DNA of 64,000 bases from Mytilus californianus (lineage: Eukaryota), in NCBI RefSeq assembly GCF_021869535.1, contig NW_026262734.1:106702001-106766000 (forward strand). The letters run 5' to 3'. Of this stretch, positions 27,339-40,000 are shown piece after piece. A program made the translations under genes and the position numbers. Below the pieces are notes generated by a model. The model searched no databases and was not told the origin of the DNA. It worked only from the letters and a program-made list of their open reading frames with translations. The first letter of the stretch is position 1, and every line of letters starts with the position of its first letter.

Positions 27339-27380
27339 GCGTCCGAAGCTCTTTTCTGGATTTACTTTCATCAGAAACGC
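27339..27380 (-). ncRNA. Type I hammerhead-like motif, antisense and just 3' of IL-17 copy 2
   Basis: Identical to 9675-9716. Confidence 0.5.
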
Positions 27381-27710
27381 TTAAAGCCAAATGTTTGATA
27401 CCCAAGGATGTATAAGAACCAAAACAGTTGAAGAGCTACATGACCAAAACGGGCCGTAAAATAAATGCCAAATCAATCTAAGGTCAACTTTGCCATATAG
27501 AGGGTTTTATGTATTCTGTTTTTAAAAAGATTCTACGAATGTATCAAATGTTTATAACTAATTGTGAAATATTCGTACCATAAGTTAATCATTAAATTAA
27601 TACTGTTCGAATTTTAGTCAACGAAACAGGGTTGTATTTGTATATTGTTCAAATGTGATTGTCGTGTTAAGAACATTATATAAAGTTGTTCAATATCTGT
27701 AATAATTGTC

Positions 27711-28088
27711 CTACTGTAAAAGGCCAATGTACATGTAGATGCCCATATCATATCATAGGGAGGGATCAATCGTACTTTTCAAAAACTCACTCTGTTTCAA
27801 ACAAAAAGTTCTCAGAAACTTACATTATCAAGATGCTTGATTTCTTGATTGACAACATATTTGTTACGTTTAGAGGACGGGTTTTTATAACAAACAACCG
27901 GCATTCCCAAGGGAACCAACTGTGCTCCTCTTCTTGCCAGCTTGTTCCTTTATTCATTTGAGGCTGACTTCATACAGGAGTTTCTTAGAAAGTAAGAAAA
28001 GAAGTTGACATTATCCTTTAACTTCACATTCCGCTATATAGATGATGTCCTTTCACTAAATAATTCAAAGTTTTGTGACTATGTTGAA
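27711..28088 (+). mobile_element. Naiad family 2 RT fragment left between two deletions
   Basis: IIKMLDFLIDNIFVTF...FRYIDDVLSLNN; matches 45854-46244. Confidence 0.85.
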
Positions 28089-30489
28089 ATAAATTTGTAA
28101 TGAGATTTTTCAAAAGATTTCCTTTAATTAAATATGAAAACTATTTTTGTGATAAGGTTGTGTGGAAGTGTAGTGTAGAGAGAAGAAAAATCATAACTTT
28201 CAACAGAATTAAATAGACCATCAAAGCACGTATTTTATCTAAAACCTCTAATGAATTTTTACACTCCATTTATTTTCATAAGCTTTATTACAAAAGTTAA
28301 TATCAAGTTCTTTGATAGTAGTAAAGGAGGTAGTTAGAAGCACTGACAGATTAGTAGTAGAACACTTACTAGATGCGGAGATGAAACGGAATTTAAATGG
28401 TTGTTTGTGTAATTTAGGTAACCAGTACATAGTCGGGACTTTCAAATGTTCGGAAGAGGCTTTAAGCTGGGTAGAGGCAGTGATATGCTTTGACTCTCTG
28501 TGGAGCGTAAGGACTTGAATGTAGACGAATTGATAATTTCGTTTTGGAGAACTACTGTGTAGTATATGCGTCACATCACCACTATATTATTGGCTGCTTT
28601 GTCTGCCGGTACGAACACAAACCGCTTTGCGAGTAGTTGCAGTTTATTTTTTATTCTAGAAATGGGTATATCATTGACCCTACTATTAATTTCAGAATTT
28701 TTTTAAAAATGAGATATACCAATATCAACAGTATTCATAATTTTTTTCAAATAACTGTCTAGAGATTTTTTATCAGTTTTTTCTCGTTTACACCAATTTT
28801 TACAGTAGGCAGACAAAGCGTCTTTAATGACCTGTTTCCAATCTATTATAGATGGAGGACGATATTAAGGTCCTTTCTTAAGAAAAGTTTTTACCTCACG
28901 GTCTTCGACGATGTTGAGGTCTCCTGTAATGACATGACTATAGAGAACATATCTAAAACTAGATGTTTCCCAGTCTCAAGTGGAAGGAGCATTATTTTCT
29001 ATATTGACGTCTGCTGTAACTGACGTATAATCAAAAAATAAACTTCTGCTGTTTTTTGTTATAAGAATACGAAATAATAGGTGGTTCTGTATTATCAAAA
29101 TATGGAGGTATTTGACTATGGATGGTAGAGTCATTTAATATACTAGATAAGTTAATAAAATTAATACCTCTATTTATATATTTTAATTTAAGAAAATGCC
29201 GTTTATGATTTTCAGGTTTGTCGATACTAGGAAACAGCCTGTGATGACAAAAGGCTGTAATAATATTGGTGTATTCATACAACAGGCTAAAAAATGAATT
29301 TTTATCACACTCCTGAAAAATAGTTTACATAATACTTGATGTCTACCATTATTTTTTAATATAGATAAAAGATCAGCAAGTGTATAATTTATACGATGAT
29401 TAATACGTTGATTACGGTTTTTGCGTTTACCATGAGACCTATTATTTCTTAGTCTTTTATCGGCAATATTAATAACATCGATAGAAGTTTTAGATATGTT
29501 CCCCTGTCCCAATATTTTGTCATTGAGACCGAGAGGATAAGCTGTTTGAAGTCTTTTTATCAAAAATAGTTCGCGAACTTCACGGGATTTTTCAAATTGC
29601 TTGTGTGATTGTCCTGGTTATTTCTGAACGGTTTCAAGTGGTTGGAATTTTATAAGTTTTAGATTATGATTATGCTTATCTAAATGTTCGGATATCAAAC
29701 TTTTGAATTTTTTAGGTCTTCGAAAGCGGTTAAGGTGCTCTCGATTTCTTCTGTAATATTCTCATTCCGTTTGTCTCACATATTGAATACCACACTTAGG
29801 CTGGGTTCAAGTTACCACATATATAAGGTTTTGACTTTTTCAGGTAATGTCACAGGAAAAGGAGAGTAAAAATGCTCTCCCGTTCACTATTGACCTAACA
29901 GTATTTTGTGAAGTTAATCTAAAACAGGTAAGTCATTTTTTGGCATTGCACGGGAAAATTTGTGGATATCCACGTTCATTTTTTGTTTAACAATCTGGCT
30001 GCAGAGGCATTACAAATACGTTTGTTTAAGCACGTGGATATCCTAGAAGTTGGGTTGTTATTTAATTTCTTTCCATTACGTAAAATCATGATAATTTAAA
30101 TAGGGGTATAGGCAAAAAAAAACCGGAGGATATAACATAGAATAAGGATCACACTTACGGAATAAGAAATAATAGGCAAAGCAGTAAAAGAACTCTTACA
30201 AAAACTGTTATAAAAAGCCCGACGTGAAGACTTAAGTGATACAAAACAGACATATAACAAACACAGGGCAAAAACAGAGATTGTAAGAAATCTAAGTAAA
30301 ACCATAGCAGGGGGCAATAATAAAAATAGTATTTATTTATTTATAGATGAGTATTTATAAATCCAAACACCATAATATTTAATTAACAATTAAGAACAAA
30401 TATATAATAAACATTTGAAAGCTCTCTCACAGGCAAATAACCCATAATTGTAAAATATAAGGGCATACACCACAAGCACGATAAGCTAT
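28089..30489 (-). mobile_element. Selenocysteine-type Naiad, 3'-truncated duplicate
   Basis: ATG 30089; TGA at 29935, 29842, 29809 and 28978 in Cys contexts; IKRLQTAYPLGLND, YWLPKLHK..FRFISASSKC, DFSTL; 3' part deleted. Confidence 0.88.
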
Positions 30490-30491
30490 TA

Positions 30492-30930
30492 TAGGTTGCA
30501 CTTCTGTAAATATAGACAATGCAATTTCCCATAGGAATCCCTTTATGGCTAAAACTGTGCCACTCTTACTATGAAAGTTTCGTAAAAAATTATATCCTAG
30601 AATGGAAAGTTGATATTCACTTCTATTTTATTCAAAGGTCAAAACATAGGGCTGTGCGACATATTTTCAACATTTATATGCCCCGAACTTCTAAGAGTTT
30701 TAACTTATACTAAAATTCTGTACTACCCTTCCCTTCACTTTGGGTCTTCCCCAGAAGTTACTATGTTTATTTATACCGGTAACATTCCCAAGTTATGTCT
30801 CTATGAGATGAAACATAGAGATCATAACTTGGAACCAGTATGTAAACAACACAAAATATCTATGAATATTATATATCCCCCCAAAAGAGGCGTGGTTTGT
30901 GATTCAGCTGTATTTACAAAGTGCAACCTA
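30492..30930. mobile_element. ~440 bp MITE with ~20 bp TIRs and TA target duplication
   Basis: TAGGTTGCACTTCTGTAAATA ... TATTTACAAAGTGCAACCTA flanked by TA. Truncated paralog at 53077-53441. Confidence 0.85.
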
Positions 30931-31061
30931 TAAGCCATTTACGCTAAAATTATATTGATTTGTATTTCAAATAATCATTTATTTAACATTTATTTAAGGT
31001 TCTTTAAAGAATACAAGACATTATTTAAAGCTCGGGGTTTTCATTGACAGTTTTTTTCCTG

Positions 31062-31064
<3 letters not shown>

Positions 31065-31096
<32 letters not shown>
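31065..31096. repeat. (TA)n microsatellite
   Basis: Direct reading; shorter at ~53441-53450. Confidence 0.9.
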
Positions 31097-31100
<4 letters not shown>

Positions 31101-31894
31101 GGTTAGGATATGATAAAGTTCAACCGTTAGTGTCAGGAAAGTCAGTTAGTCTTTTTTTTTATTCTTTGATCTGATTCTAAACATGTATAAAACGAATTTT
31201 TTTTTCAATAACATAGTGTTTGTATATAAACATGACGATTCTGACGCTATTTTAATTATTTCTTTTTAAGAATGTAACTGAAATTAAATCTTGAGCAATA
31301 ATCCCAAAAATAAATGACGAAAACAATCATCTATTCATTACTAAACAGTCCAACAGTTTGAATTTTTTTTTTTTTTTTTTCGATCTCGCAATTTTTTCCC
31401 CTCTGTTGGGTATTTAAGCTTATCACAACCGAAACGAGAAAAAAACACACGTGCTTGTCTTTGAATCATGACTGAAAAGAAGAAAACGCATGTTGAAATT
31501 TCAGTAGAGGAACAACTACTAATTGCAAGGGGATATGTAAATAACAGATGCAATTGGCCATCTGTTTACGCAGAAGTCAAAAAGGCCATGGAAAGATTGC
31601 CAGAAAAATGCCAAGCTCTTTACAAAGATGGACCATTTGAGAAGATAAAAAGAAGAATGTCGGATCAATTAACAAAGTTGGCATTTAAAGATCCAGTCTC
31701 TATACAAAACGAAAAACTGAGGCGGTTTATTGCTGAAATAAAAACAAATGATAGGCGATACACTAAAAAATGTCATCCAAACGAAAAGAGACCTAAAGCG
31801 AAATACCAAAAGGTAGTTTTCTATATATAAGTTAAAGTTTCAAGTTTTAAGAAAAGGTATCGAAGCTCATAACCACCATCTGTTTTTAAGTTTC

Positions 31895-32250
31895 ATCATG
31901 AAAATTCAAGAAATGTTGAAAATTTAAGAAAATGTGTTGAAAATATGTTGAAAATTCAAAAAACATTTTTTTTTAATTTTCAAGAAACTATGCTTAAATT
32001 TAAAATAAACTATGTTTTAAAAATTCAAGAAAAAATGCTGAAAATTCAAAAAACTATTTTGAAATTTTAAGAAACTGCTCTGTATTTTCAAGAAACTTTC
32101 ATGATAATTTAATAAAATCTGTTTAAATTTCCTGAAAAAAATAGTATTTGAAATTTCAACATATTTTCTTAAATTCCACTCAGTTTCTTGAATTTTAAAC
32201 TTAGATTCTTGAAATTGCAACGTTATTACTCGAGTTTTCAAAATCACAAA
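31895..32250. repeat. Degenerate aaattcaagaaa-type minisatellite, partly inverted (paralog 54295-54620; related 34345-34430)
   Basis: Repeated aaaattcaagaaa / gttgaaaatt units, followed by reverse-oriented tttcttgaattt units. Confidence 0.6.
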
Positions 32251-32586
32251 AAACAACACATTTGAATCCCCTCTTTCTCTAGAAATATCCCGGACCCCCC
32301 CCCCCCCCTCCCCCCCCCCCCCCCTCATCTCAAAAGCTGGATGCTTAGAGAAGATCACTGGTAACAGCTACAAATTGCAGATAAAAATAAGGGTTTTCTA
32401 TCTGTTTTCATGAATAATGTGTGCATACATGTAACACTCGTCACCCTGTATAATAATTTGTGTTAAATAAATAATATTCAATTTACTGGTAAGTTGGGTT
32501 TTCTTTATTACAGAGGTAGTGGTGAGCTTGAAGCTGATAATAGGAAAGTTGCGATTCCAATAGATGATGAGATGGATGCTGTTCCA

Positions 32587-33297
32587 AATGATTAGGCGGC
32601 GTTGAATCATGATCAGGCGGTGGTGAATAATGATCAGGCGGTGGTGAATCACGATCAGGCGGTGGTGAAAAATTATCAGGATGTGGTGAATAATGATCAG
32701 GCGGTGGTGAATAATGATCAGGTGGTGTTGAATAATGATCAGGCGGTGGTAAATAATGATCAGGCTGTGGTGAATTATAATCAGACATTGGTGAATAATG
32801 ATCCGGCGGTGGTGAATAATGATCAGGCGGTGGTGAATAATGATCAGGCGGTGGTGAATAATGATCAGGCGGTGGTGAATTATAATCAGACATTGGTGAA
32901 TAATGATCCGGCGGTGATGAATAATGATCAGGCGGTGGTGAATTATAATCAGACATTGGTGAATAATGATCCGGCGGTGGTGAATTATAATCAGACATTG
33001 GTGAATAATGATCCGGCGGTGGTGAATAATGATCAGGCGGTGGTGAATTATAATCAGACATTGGTGAATAATGATCCGGCGGTGGTGAATTATAATCAGA
33101 CATTGGTGAATAATGATCAGGCGGTGGTGAATAATGATCAGGTGATGTTGAATAATGATCCGGCGGTGGTGAATTATAATCAGACATTGGTGAATAATGA
33201 TCAGGGGTTGTAGACTAATGATCAGGCGGTGTTGAATAATGATCCGGCAGTGGTGAATATTAATCAGGCGGTGGAAAATAACGATCAGGCGGCGAAT
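32587..33297 (+). repeat. 21-bp coding-type minisatellite (AATAATGATCAGGCGGTGGTG / AATTATAATCAGACATTGGTG)
   Basis: About 33-34 units here versus about 27 at 54917-55480. Confidence 0.95.
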
Positions 33298-34457
33298 GAA
33301 AATGTACAACAGGACAATCAAAACAACTACCCAACCCCACCAAAGGGGAAACCTATTTCAGAACTTGCAAGAGATGCATATGAAAAGTATATAAAGATGC
33401 AGGAACGTGTACCGCAATTCGAAGATATAATGTCGAAGTGTATGGACAATTTTTTGTCTATGTAAAATGATTTTAATATGATTGATTTATACGAAATCTC
33501 TTTGTTTTTTGTTTGCCAGCTTTTTAGATATAAATCAACGGTAGAATCGTTTGAAAATAATGGATTTATTTAAATTTAATAGGTGTTCAGTTTACATAGA
33601 ACGAAGCAGTCAAGGTTGTCGTTGTATAAGGATATATGATGTTAATTTTCAAGAGAGTGTACGAGTAGTCTAACTCGGAATAAATTAAAGACGGGTTTCT
33701 TGTTTGCTCTAGTTAAGTATATACAAGTTTTTATGCTCTGCTTTATTAAATGATGAAAATCTACAGGTATGATAAAGATTAACCAAAGAGGACAATTTGA
33801 TTGCCGAGGAGGTAGATTTTTTGTGACTTGAAAAGGTTTTATTTCAATGTTTCGGGATTTTGAAAATTTAATTTTAATTTTTAAAAGATAAAATGTTTGT
33901 TGCGGAAAGAATGAGAGAAAAAATGCTTTTCCACCTTCGGTATCAATGTTTGTTTCAAACAAAACAAAAACAACACATAAGGACATACTTATTTAAAATC
34001 TCAATCCAACCACCCGGAATAAAAGTCCTAAAGTATTATCAGTTCACAACTAATTATGTTTTTCTGTTGGCATTATCAGATTTAAAGATTAATGTCGACA
34101 AACGGTTTTGCCAAAATCAAAACAAAAAGTCGATCATATGGGGTGATTGTACATGGTACAAAAAGGATATATTGTATTGTGTCGTATTTAATTGCATTAA
34201 ATAGTTCTTGTGAACTCTTAAAAAGTTGTCATATTCCGACTTCGTGACGTTGAAAAGTATGATTGGACATTGGTATGAGCTGACCCGAACTTATTAACTT
34301 CTGTTTGATCCGAATTAAATTTAGTTTGACAAGAAACTGTTGACATTTCAAGAAACTATGTTGAAAATTTTAGAAAATATGTTGAAATATCATGAAACAA
34401 GTTTCTTCAAATTTAACATAGTTTCTTGCTTTTATGGCTCGCGGCTTATATTTTGAT

Positions 34458-34999
34458 TTATCATATACTTGTAGAAAATAATGGTATAATTGTACCCCTT
34501 GATAAAACTAATTTATACATCTATTTATTCAATAAATTTGAAGAATTGTCTTAGCCGTGTGATATGACTTTTGTTATCAACTGCTTCCGGTATATATCAA
34601 CTGTTTCCGGTTTATATTAACTGCTTCCGGTTATTATCGCATGCCTTTCTTTAACGTAATCGCAAAGCATTTCGACGTCATTCTGCAAATTCCGGAAAAA
34701 AAACCTCAGTGGTACATTTAAGTGAAAAACATAGCTAAGTAGAATAACAGAAGGAATATTAGGAAACGGGAAAATATATTATTAAAAAACGCAAAACAAA
34801 TATTACAATAAATGAATTTTATAACGTTTTAAAAAAGTTTTCATGTCTGTATGGCTCCTGCTGAAGTATATGATAAAAACATAACATGTCATTTTTCATA
34901 TCAGACCACTTATCAGCCCATGGTCGGCTCTCGGGCTGATATCATGACCTAGGACTGATAAGGGGTCTGATATGAAAAATGCCATGTTATAATCTATAT
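34458..34999. mobile_element. 542-bp element present only in unit 1, with a 36-bp terminal hairpin (non-autonomous, possibly Crypton-like)
   Basis: Absent at the paralogous site ~56640; 34881-34916 pairs with 34955-34990 (2 mismatches); three tandem ~20-bp tcaactgcttccgg units; no target duplication seen. Confidence 0.6.
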
Positions 35000-35032
35000 A
35001 TATCAATGTGCAAACTATATAGTTAAAGTAAG

Positions 35033-35449
35033 GAGCCCTGTTGGTCTCATACAGATATAGAGTTGTGGTTTTTCAAGTCAAGCGCTGAAGATGTAAAGTC
35101 CAGTGCCGCAGATCTAAAGTCAAGTGCTGTAGATGTAAAGTCCAGCGCTGTAGATGCAAAGTCCAGCGATGTAGATCTAAAGTCCAGCGCTGTAGATCTA
35201 AAGTACAGCGCTGTAGATCTAAAGTCAAGCGCTGTAGATCTAACGTCTAGCGCTGTAGATGTAAAGTCCAGTGCTGGAAATGTAAAGTGCACTTTACATC
35301 TGCAGCGCTGGACTTTAAATATCCAGCGCTTGACTTAACATCTCCAACGCTTTACTTTAGATCTACATCTACAGCGGTAGACTTTACATTCCAGGCGCGC
35401 TGGACTTTAAAAACCACAACTCTATATCTGCATGAGACAAACAGGGCTC
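35033..35449. mobile_element. Foldback-type MITE with ~45-bp TIRs and internal 21-bp arrays
   Basis: gagccctgttggtctcatacagatatagagttgtggttttt is inverted at the right end; AAGTCCAGCGCTGTAGATCTA units run first direct, then inverted. Confidence 0.85.
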
Positions 35450-36889
35450 TGTATTAAAGAGATATAGACTAAGTATACTGTCAGTGAACACACCTTTGAT
35501 AGTGACGAAGATCATAGAAAGTTATTTTATGTTGGTATTAAGATCAAAATATGAGTAAACTATAAGTCACAGCTATGAATTTAAGGATGGTCCGTTTAAA
35601 GTTGTTAATTACATTTTATGCAGGAAAGGCTGCAAAGGTTTTGCGTGGATTTATAGGCCAAATAAGACTAATATATCGGCAGTGCACATGGCCTTAGCTA
35701 GTTCTGAAAGTTCAAACAAAGTAGAGTAATCTTATCCTATCCTATTTTGTGGACAAATAACAAAAAATGACTTTCGAAAGTCAAAGAGAAATGAAATTTT
35801 GTCACTTCATTAACAAAGGTAGTAAAAAAGGTCTAATACAAAAACTCGTTAACCATAACACATTTTTCATATATCCTGATTCATGTTGATACATGTATAA
35901 GTTTGATAAAAAAAAATATATTTAATAAAAACGGATAAAGAGATAAGATGTCGGTTAAGACATTTTAATTCCTTTATTCATCCCCACATTCATTCGATAG
36001 TATTCAATAATAAATATTAGGAACCACTCCTAACAGTAAGAAAAGACGGCATGTTTATGCTTTCTTTGATATATATGTCGTAAACACCGCTATTTATTCA
36101 TTTGTTTTTAAATGATTTTTGGGGAATTAGTTACAGACATATAAAGGTGCACTCGATATATCGTAAAGTAATAGAGTTTTTTGTATTCTTATTGAAAGTA
36201 TGAGTGCTACAGCACCAACAAAACTGATAGTCACATAGTTATTAACATGTACATTTTTTTTTAAAAATACATGCCCATAATAGATAGAAACAAATAGGAA
36301 ATAAAAACAGAAGAAAATTTAAAAAACATGCCATAAAAGCTCAACGAAAACAATAAACAAGAAAAGAAAACGAATTATATTTATACTAATATTTGTACGA
36401 TAATATAACATACATAAAAAAAATAAGAAAGGCCATGAAAACAAAACAAACCAAAAAAAAAAAACAATACATTACATAACATCATTTTCAAGTGGACTGT
36501 TTTTTTTCAAATATTTATTTCAATATTTCCCTTTATTTATCTTCTTGCCAATTTGTCTAGAAAATACATCAGTAATAATCATTTAAAGTAAAGAAGTGAC
36601 CATTTGGATATTAGAGGTTTGGGGCAACAAAGTTATCTCGGATCCGAGGATGTTTTTTTCTAATTAAAAACCGATTTTTTCCTAGAGGCCTTCACTCCTA
36701 GATTTGATTTACCTCTTTTTATTTGCGCAGGACTTTTAACCTTTGATTTGAGCCTAGATAATATTTTTGTGTAAAAGACATTTCTAACGGAAGTGCACAG
36801 CCGATAGTCCAAAATTATTGAATAAATGTATGCTCCCTCTTTTCTCGTTACGGCAAGTTACGTCAAGTAAAGTCGATTTTCGTCCGTTC

Positions 36890-37160
36890 GTAAGATGTTG
36901 AGATACCTCTACTACGACGAATATGTTCCAATCGTCGTAACCAATCCCGTCCTCATTTTCCTCGAATGTGACCTAGCAAATTAGACTTTTCACCGGGGTT
37001 TTACTTTCTGAGCAACACGACGGGTGGTATATGTGGAGCAGGATCTGTTTTCCCATCCGTAGCATATCAAATCTCCCCTAGTTTTGTTTTAAAAGGGTTC
37101 GTGCTGCTCTTGCTTTAGTTTAAACTGTTGTTCTCTTTACTTTTTCCTATTTTGTAATGT
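36890..37160 (+). mobile_element. Naiad family 2-type 3' tail (paralog ~58790-59030)
   Basis: tgtgacctagcaaattagact...gagcaacacgacgggtgg...gggttcgtgctgctc. Confidence 0.7.
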
Positions 37161-37349
37161 TTTTGTTGTTTATACCGGTAACAGTCTTCAGTCTATCCTC
37201 TGTCATGAAAATTATCTATTTTAGATTTTAGATGTCGGGCAGGTTGATGGATAAAACCATTGATTTTACGTTCGTTGCGTTGCTCAATTCCTAGTCAGCT
37301 GTACAATTTTATTATAATGAGACATTTATTTTATTTCCCTAGGAATGAA

Positions 37350-37810
37350 TCTTTTGGCACAATTGGACAACTTCACAATAAAATCTATGACAAACGGGAA
37401 GATTTCAACTTCCCAATTATCAATTTCCAATTTCTCAGCAGTAACATACCCTCTGCACCATCGTATGGTGTTTATATATCTCAGTTGATGAGTTATGCTC
37501 ATGCATGTTCACGCTATACGGACTTCATATACAGGAGTGTGCTCCTTACGCAGAAACTGCTCCAACAGAATTATGAGGGGGCAAGATTAAAAATGACACG
37601 CCGAATATTTTATGGACACCATCACAAATTGGTTGATCTATATAATGTGTCTGTGTCTAAACTAACTATCGACATTTTTACCACGTCTTAGATTGTGGTT
37701 TACCATCTACGTCGTCTAGTCTGTTCAGTACCGAACGTGACCTATTTCCGAATATGACTGTTTTTGTCGAGTGTGAATTCGCATTGCTATTAAACGTGTC
37801 TCGGTATTTA
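37350..37810 (+). mobile_element. Naiad RT C-terminal fragment (paralog 59240-59700)
   Basis: IYDKREDFNFPIINFQFLSSNIPSAPSYGVYISQL...FYGHHHKLV. Confidence 0.85.
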
Positions 37811-38420
37811 TACATCCAACATTCATGTATTTAGTTATGATGTGTCTTTTTTAAGTATGGTTGGATATTGTGTTATGTCTTATCGTTTGTGATTTGAATT
37901 CTATTTTTATTTTCTATATGTATGTAAAAGTTCAGATAATTAATCAGCTAGTTCATTTATATGATTTTTAGTTTAAAGCAACTATATCACAGGATTTATT
38001 TGTTTTTACACAGTTTTGATTTAGAAGAAAAACCTACATGGTTAGAAAGTACAAATAATTACACCATTACTAACACAATTTTATATTAATATTCTTGTAA
38101 TGGTTAGAAAATACATAAAATTACACCATTACAAACTTAATCCCAATTGTATATACTATTTTTTTTAAATTTACCTGTGATGTCACTTTTTGTGGCGTTG
38201 ATACATTCGTGTGACGGACAGTTCATAATTATATTGTGATGTACTGGTGTACTGTCGTACATTAATGGGAGGTATCCGTTGTTCTTCTGTGGTTTACATG
38301 TTATAATGTACTATTATGTTATTTATTTATTTATGTGTTTCTCTGTTTTGAGTGTTTTTGTGTTTATTTGTCCTGTATTCCTGTCACGTAATGTTGTAAT
38401 TTTAACGGTATTTCTAACAT

Positions 38421-38512
38421 TGCCATATAATCGGGAGGTTTGGCTAGCCATAAAACCAGGTTAACCCGCCATTTTTTCTTAAAATGTCCTGTACCAAGTC
38501 AGGAATATGGCA
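38421..38512 (+). ncRNA. Type-P5 twister-like fold (paralog 60308-60400)
   Basis: P5 UGCCAUAU/AUAUGGCA; GAGGU with loop ACC; palindrome UGGCUAGCCA; P3 AUUUU/AAAAU; P4 CCUG-UACCAAGU-CAGG. Confidence 0.65.
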
Positions 38513-40000
38513 GTTGTTATCAAATAGTCTGTTTCTATGTATGTTGGCGTTTGTTTTTGTAGCAGTTCAGTGTTTCTGTTGTTCCGTTGTTTTCCTCTTA
38601 TAGTTAATGTGTTTCCCTCGGTTTTGGTTAGTGACCCGGATTAGTTTTCGCTTAATCGATTTATGACTATTGAACAGCGGTATACTGCTGTTGCCTTTAT
38701 TTGGTTCTTACCATTTGATATTATTTAAAGTAAGATATTAATAAAAGATGTGATGATTGTGCAAATGCGACCTAGTTTGTTCAAAAATTTTAGGACTACT
38801 TGTATGTCATCCCAATATAGACATATTCAATCGTTCAAGGTTGAAAACCTTAGTTATGGTGTTGCTGACAATATGGTATGGGTTTTGCTAATTGTTGAAG
38901 GTTGTATATAGTTGTTTACTTCTACGTCATTTGGAGAACTATTGCATTGACAGTCGTACCACATCCTTATATTTTCATATACATGTATACATCTTTCATG
39001 TTATTGATTATATGTAAGTGTTTCTGATGGTGAAATTTTAAACATGTTTTCCTCCCTGCCAAAATTTAAAAAAAAGAATAAAAGTTTATTTTCATCGTTC
39101 TGAAATTCAAGTCCGTATCTGTAGGATTGTCCACTTAAAAGCTGAAGTAACTTAAATATAAAAATTTACAAATAATTATTGTCCAATAAGACAAGAGAGA
39201 TAACTCAAATTATTACTATAATCAAATAAGTACATTATTCTATGCGTCGAAAAAAATTTAAAAAAATGTATTTGCAGATAAACATATAAATAGGAAATAG
39301 TTTATCAAACATAAAACTTATATGAAAAAGACATAACTACGCATAGAAAAAGAATCATATAGTTGATGTTAAATACAGTGTGTTTTTTGCAATGCAAAGC
39401 TTCTATCTGAATTGAATGTCAGCGAAATGTCGAAAAAAATTAAAAGCAAATTTTTGAGAAAAAAATTAAGATTAAATATAGCGTTAGCATACCAACGTCA
39501 GATAAACGTTGTGTCAAAGAACAACCAGGCAATAGTGATCATCGATTTTTAACACAATGTATAAACATGGTTACCATCTCCTGCTTTGGACCCCATGATG
39601 TTTGTCTGTGTCTATACGTCATTTTCACGGAGAAGATGGATGCAGGTGGTTTTTGTTATCTTTTGTACTTACAAATATTTGGGTGATTTCTTTTTATCCT
39701 TTGTATGTTGAATTTTGTATGAAACATTTTATATTCCGCCGAATATCAGAAAACCTTAGCAATAACTTTGATTTTAATTTAAATAAACCATTATGTGCAT
39801 CAAACTGATATTCAAATATTTCTTTTATATTTTAGTATTTATAGTATAGCTATTATTATTGTTTTAGTTTTTCCATCTATTGCGATCATTAATGTGTGTC
39901 ATAGTCTATGCATATATTTATTGTTAATAAATGCGCTTCCTATTATGTCTGTTTGGGTTGCTCACCTTTACCCCCCAATATAACGGAACTACAAACAACA

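Larger units (their letters stand above)
19608..28088 (+). repeat. Right arm of inverted duplication (contains IL-17 copy 2)
   Basis: Homology to the left arm starts at tttggaacaaaaac (19608) versus gtttttgttccaaa (ends 17169). A ~2.4 kb unique spacer lies between the arms. Confidence 0.95.
31468..33465 (+). pseudogene. Two-exon Myb/SANT-like plus NNDQAVV heptad-repeat gene, disrupted copy
   Basis: 115-codon exon ending AAG|GTAGTT at 31812; acceptor phase lost by a 2-nt deletion near 32512; TAG at 32593-32595; repeat region and C-terminal PTPPKGKPISELARDAYEKY... are open. Confidence 0.5.

Noticed and set aside
30096-30489. SECIS or ribozyme in the 5' flank of the Sec-Naiad
   Set aside because: No AUGA/GA hairpin or ribozyme core found by eye.
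32295-32323. Poly-C tract (G-quadruplex potential on the minus strand; poly-G at 45901-45918)
   Set aside because: Homopolymer length differs between paralogs and is error-prone; no functional context.
32398-33321. Long minus-strand ORFs (IIIHHR and SPPPDHY repeats, extensin-like; also 54727-55505)
   Set aside because: Shadow frames of the 21-bp minisatellite. Only the plus frame links to plausible non-repeat coding sequence and splice sites.
35047-35338. KSSAVDL / STALDF repeat ORFs (also 56664-57079)
   Set aside because: Translations of a 21-bp array inside a TIR element; no gene context.
32587-35449. CRISPR-like appearance of the short repeats
   Set aside because: Repeats are contiguous with no unique spacers, there are no cas genes, and the DNA is eukaryotic.
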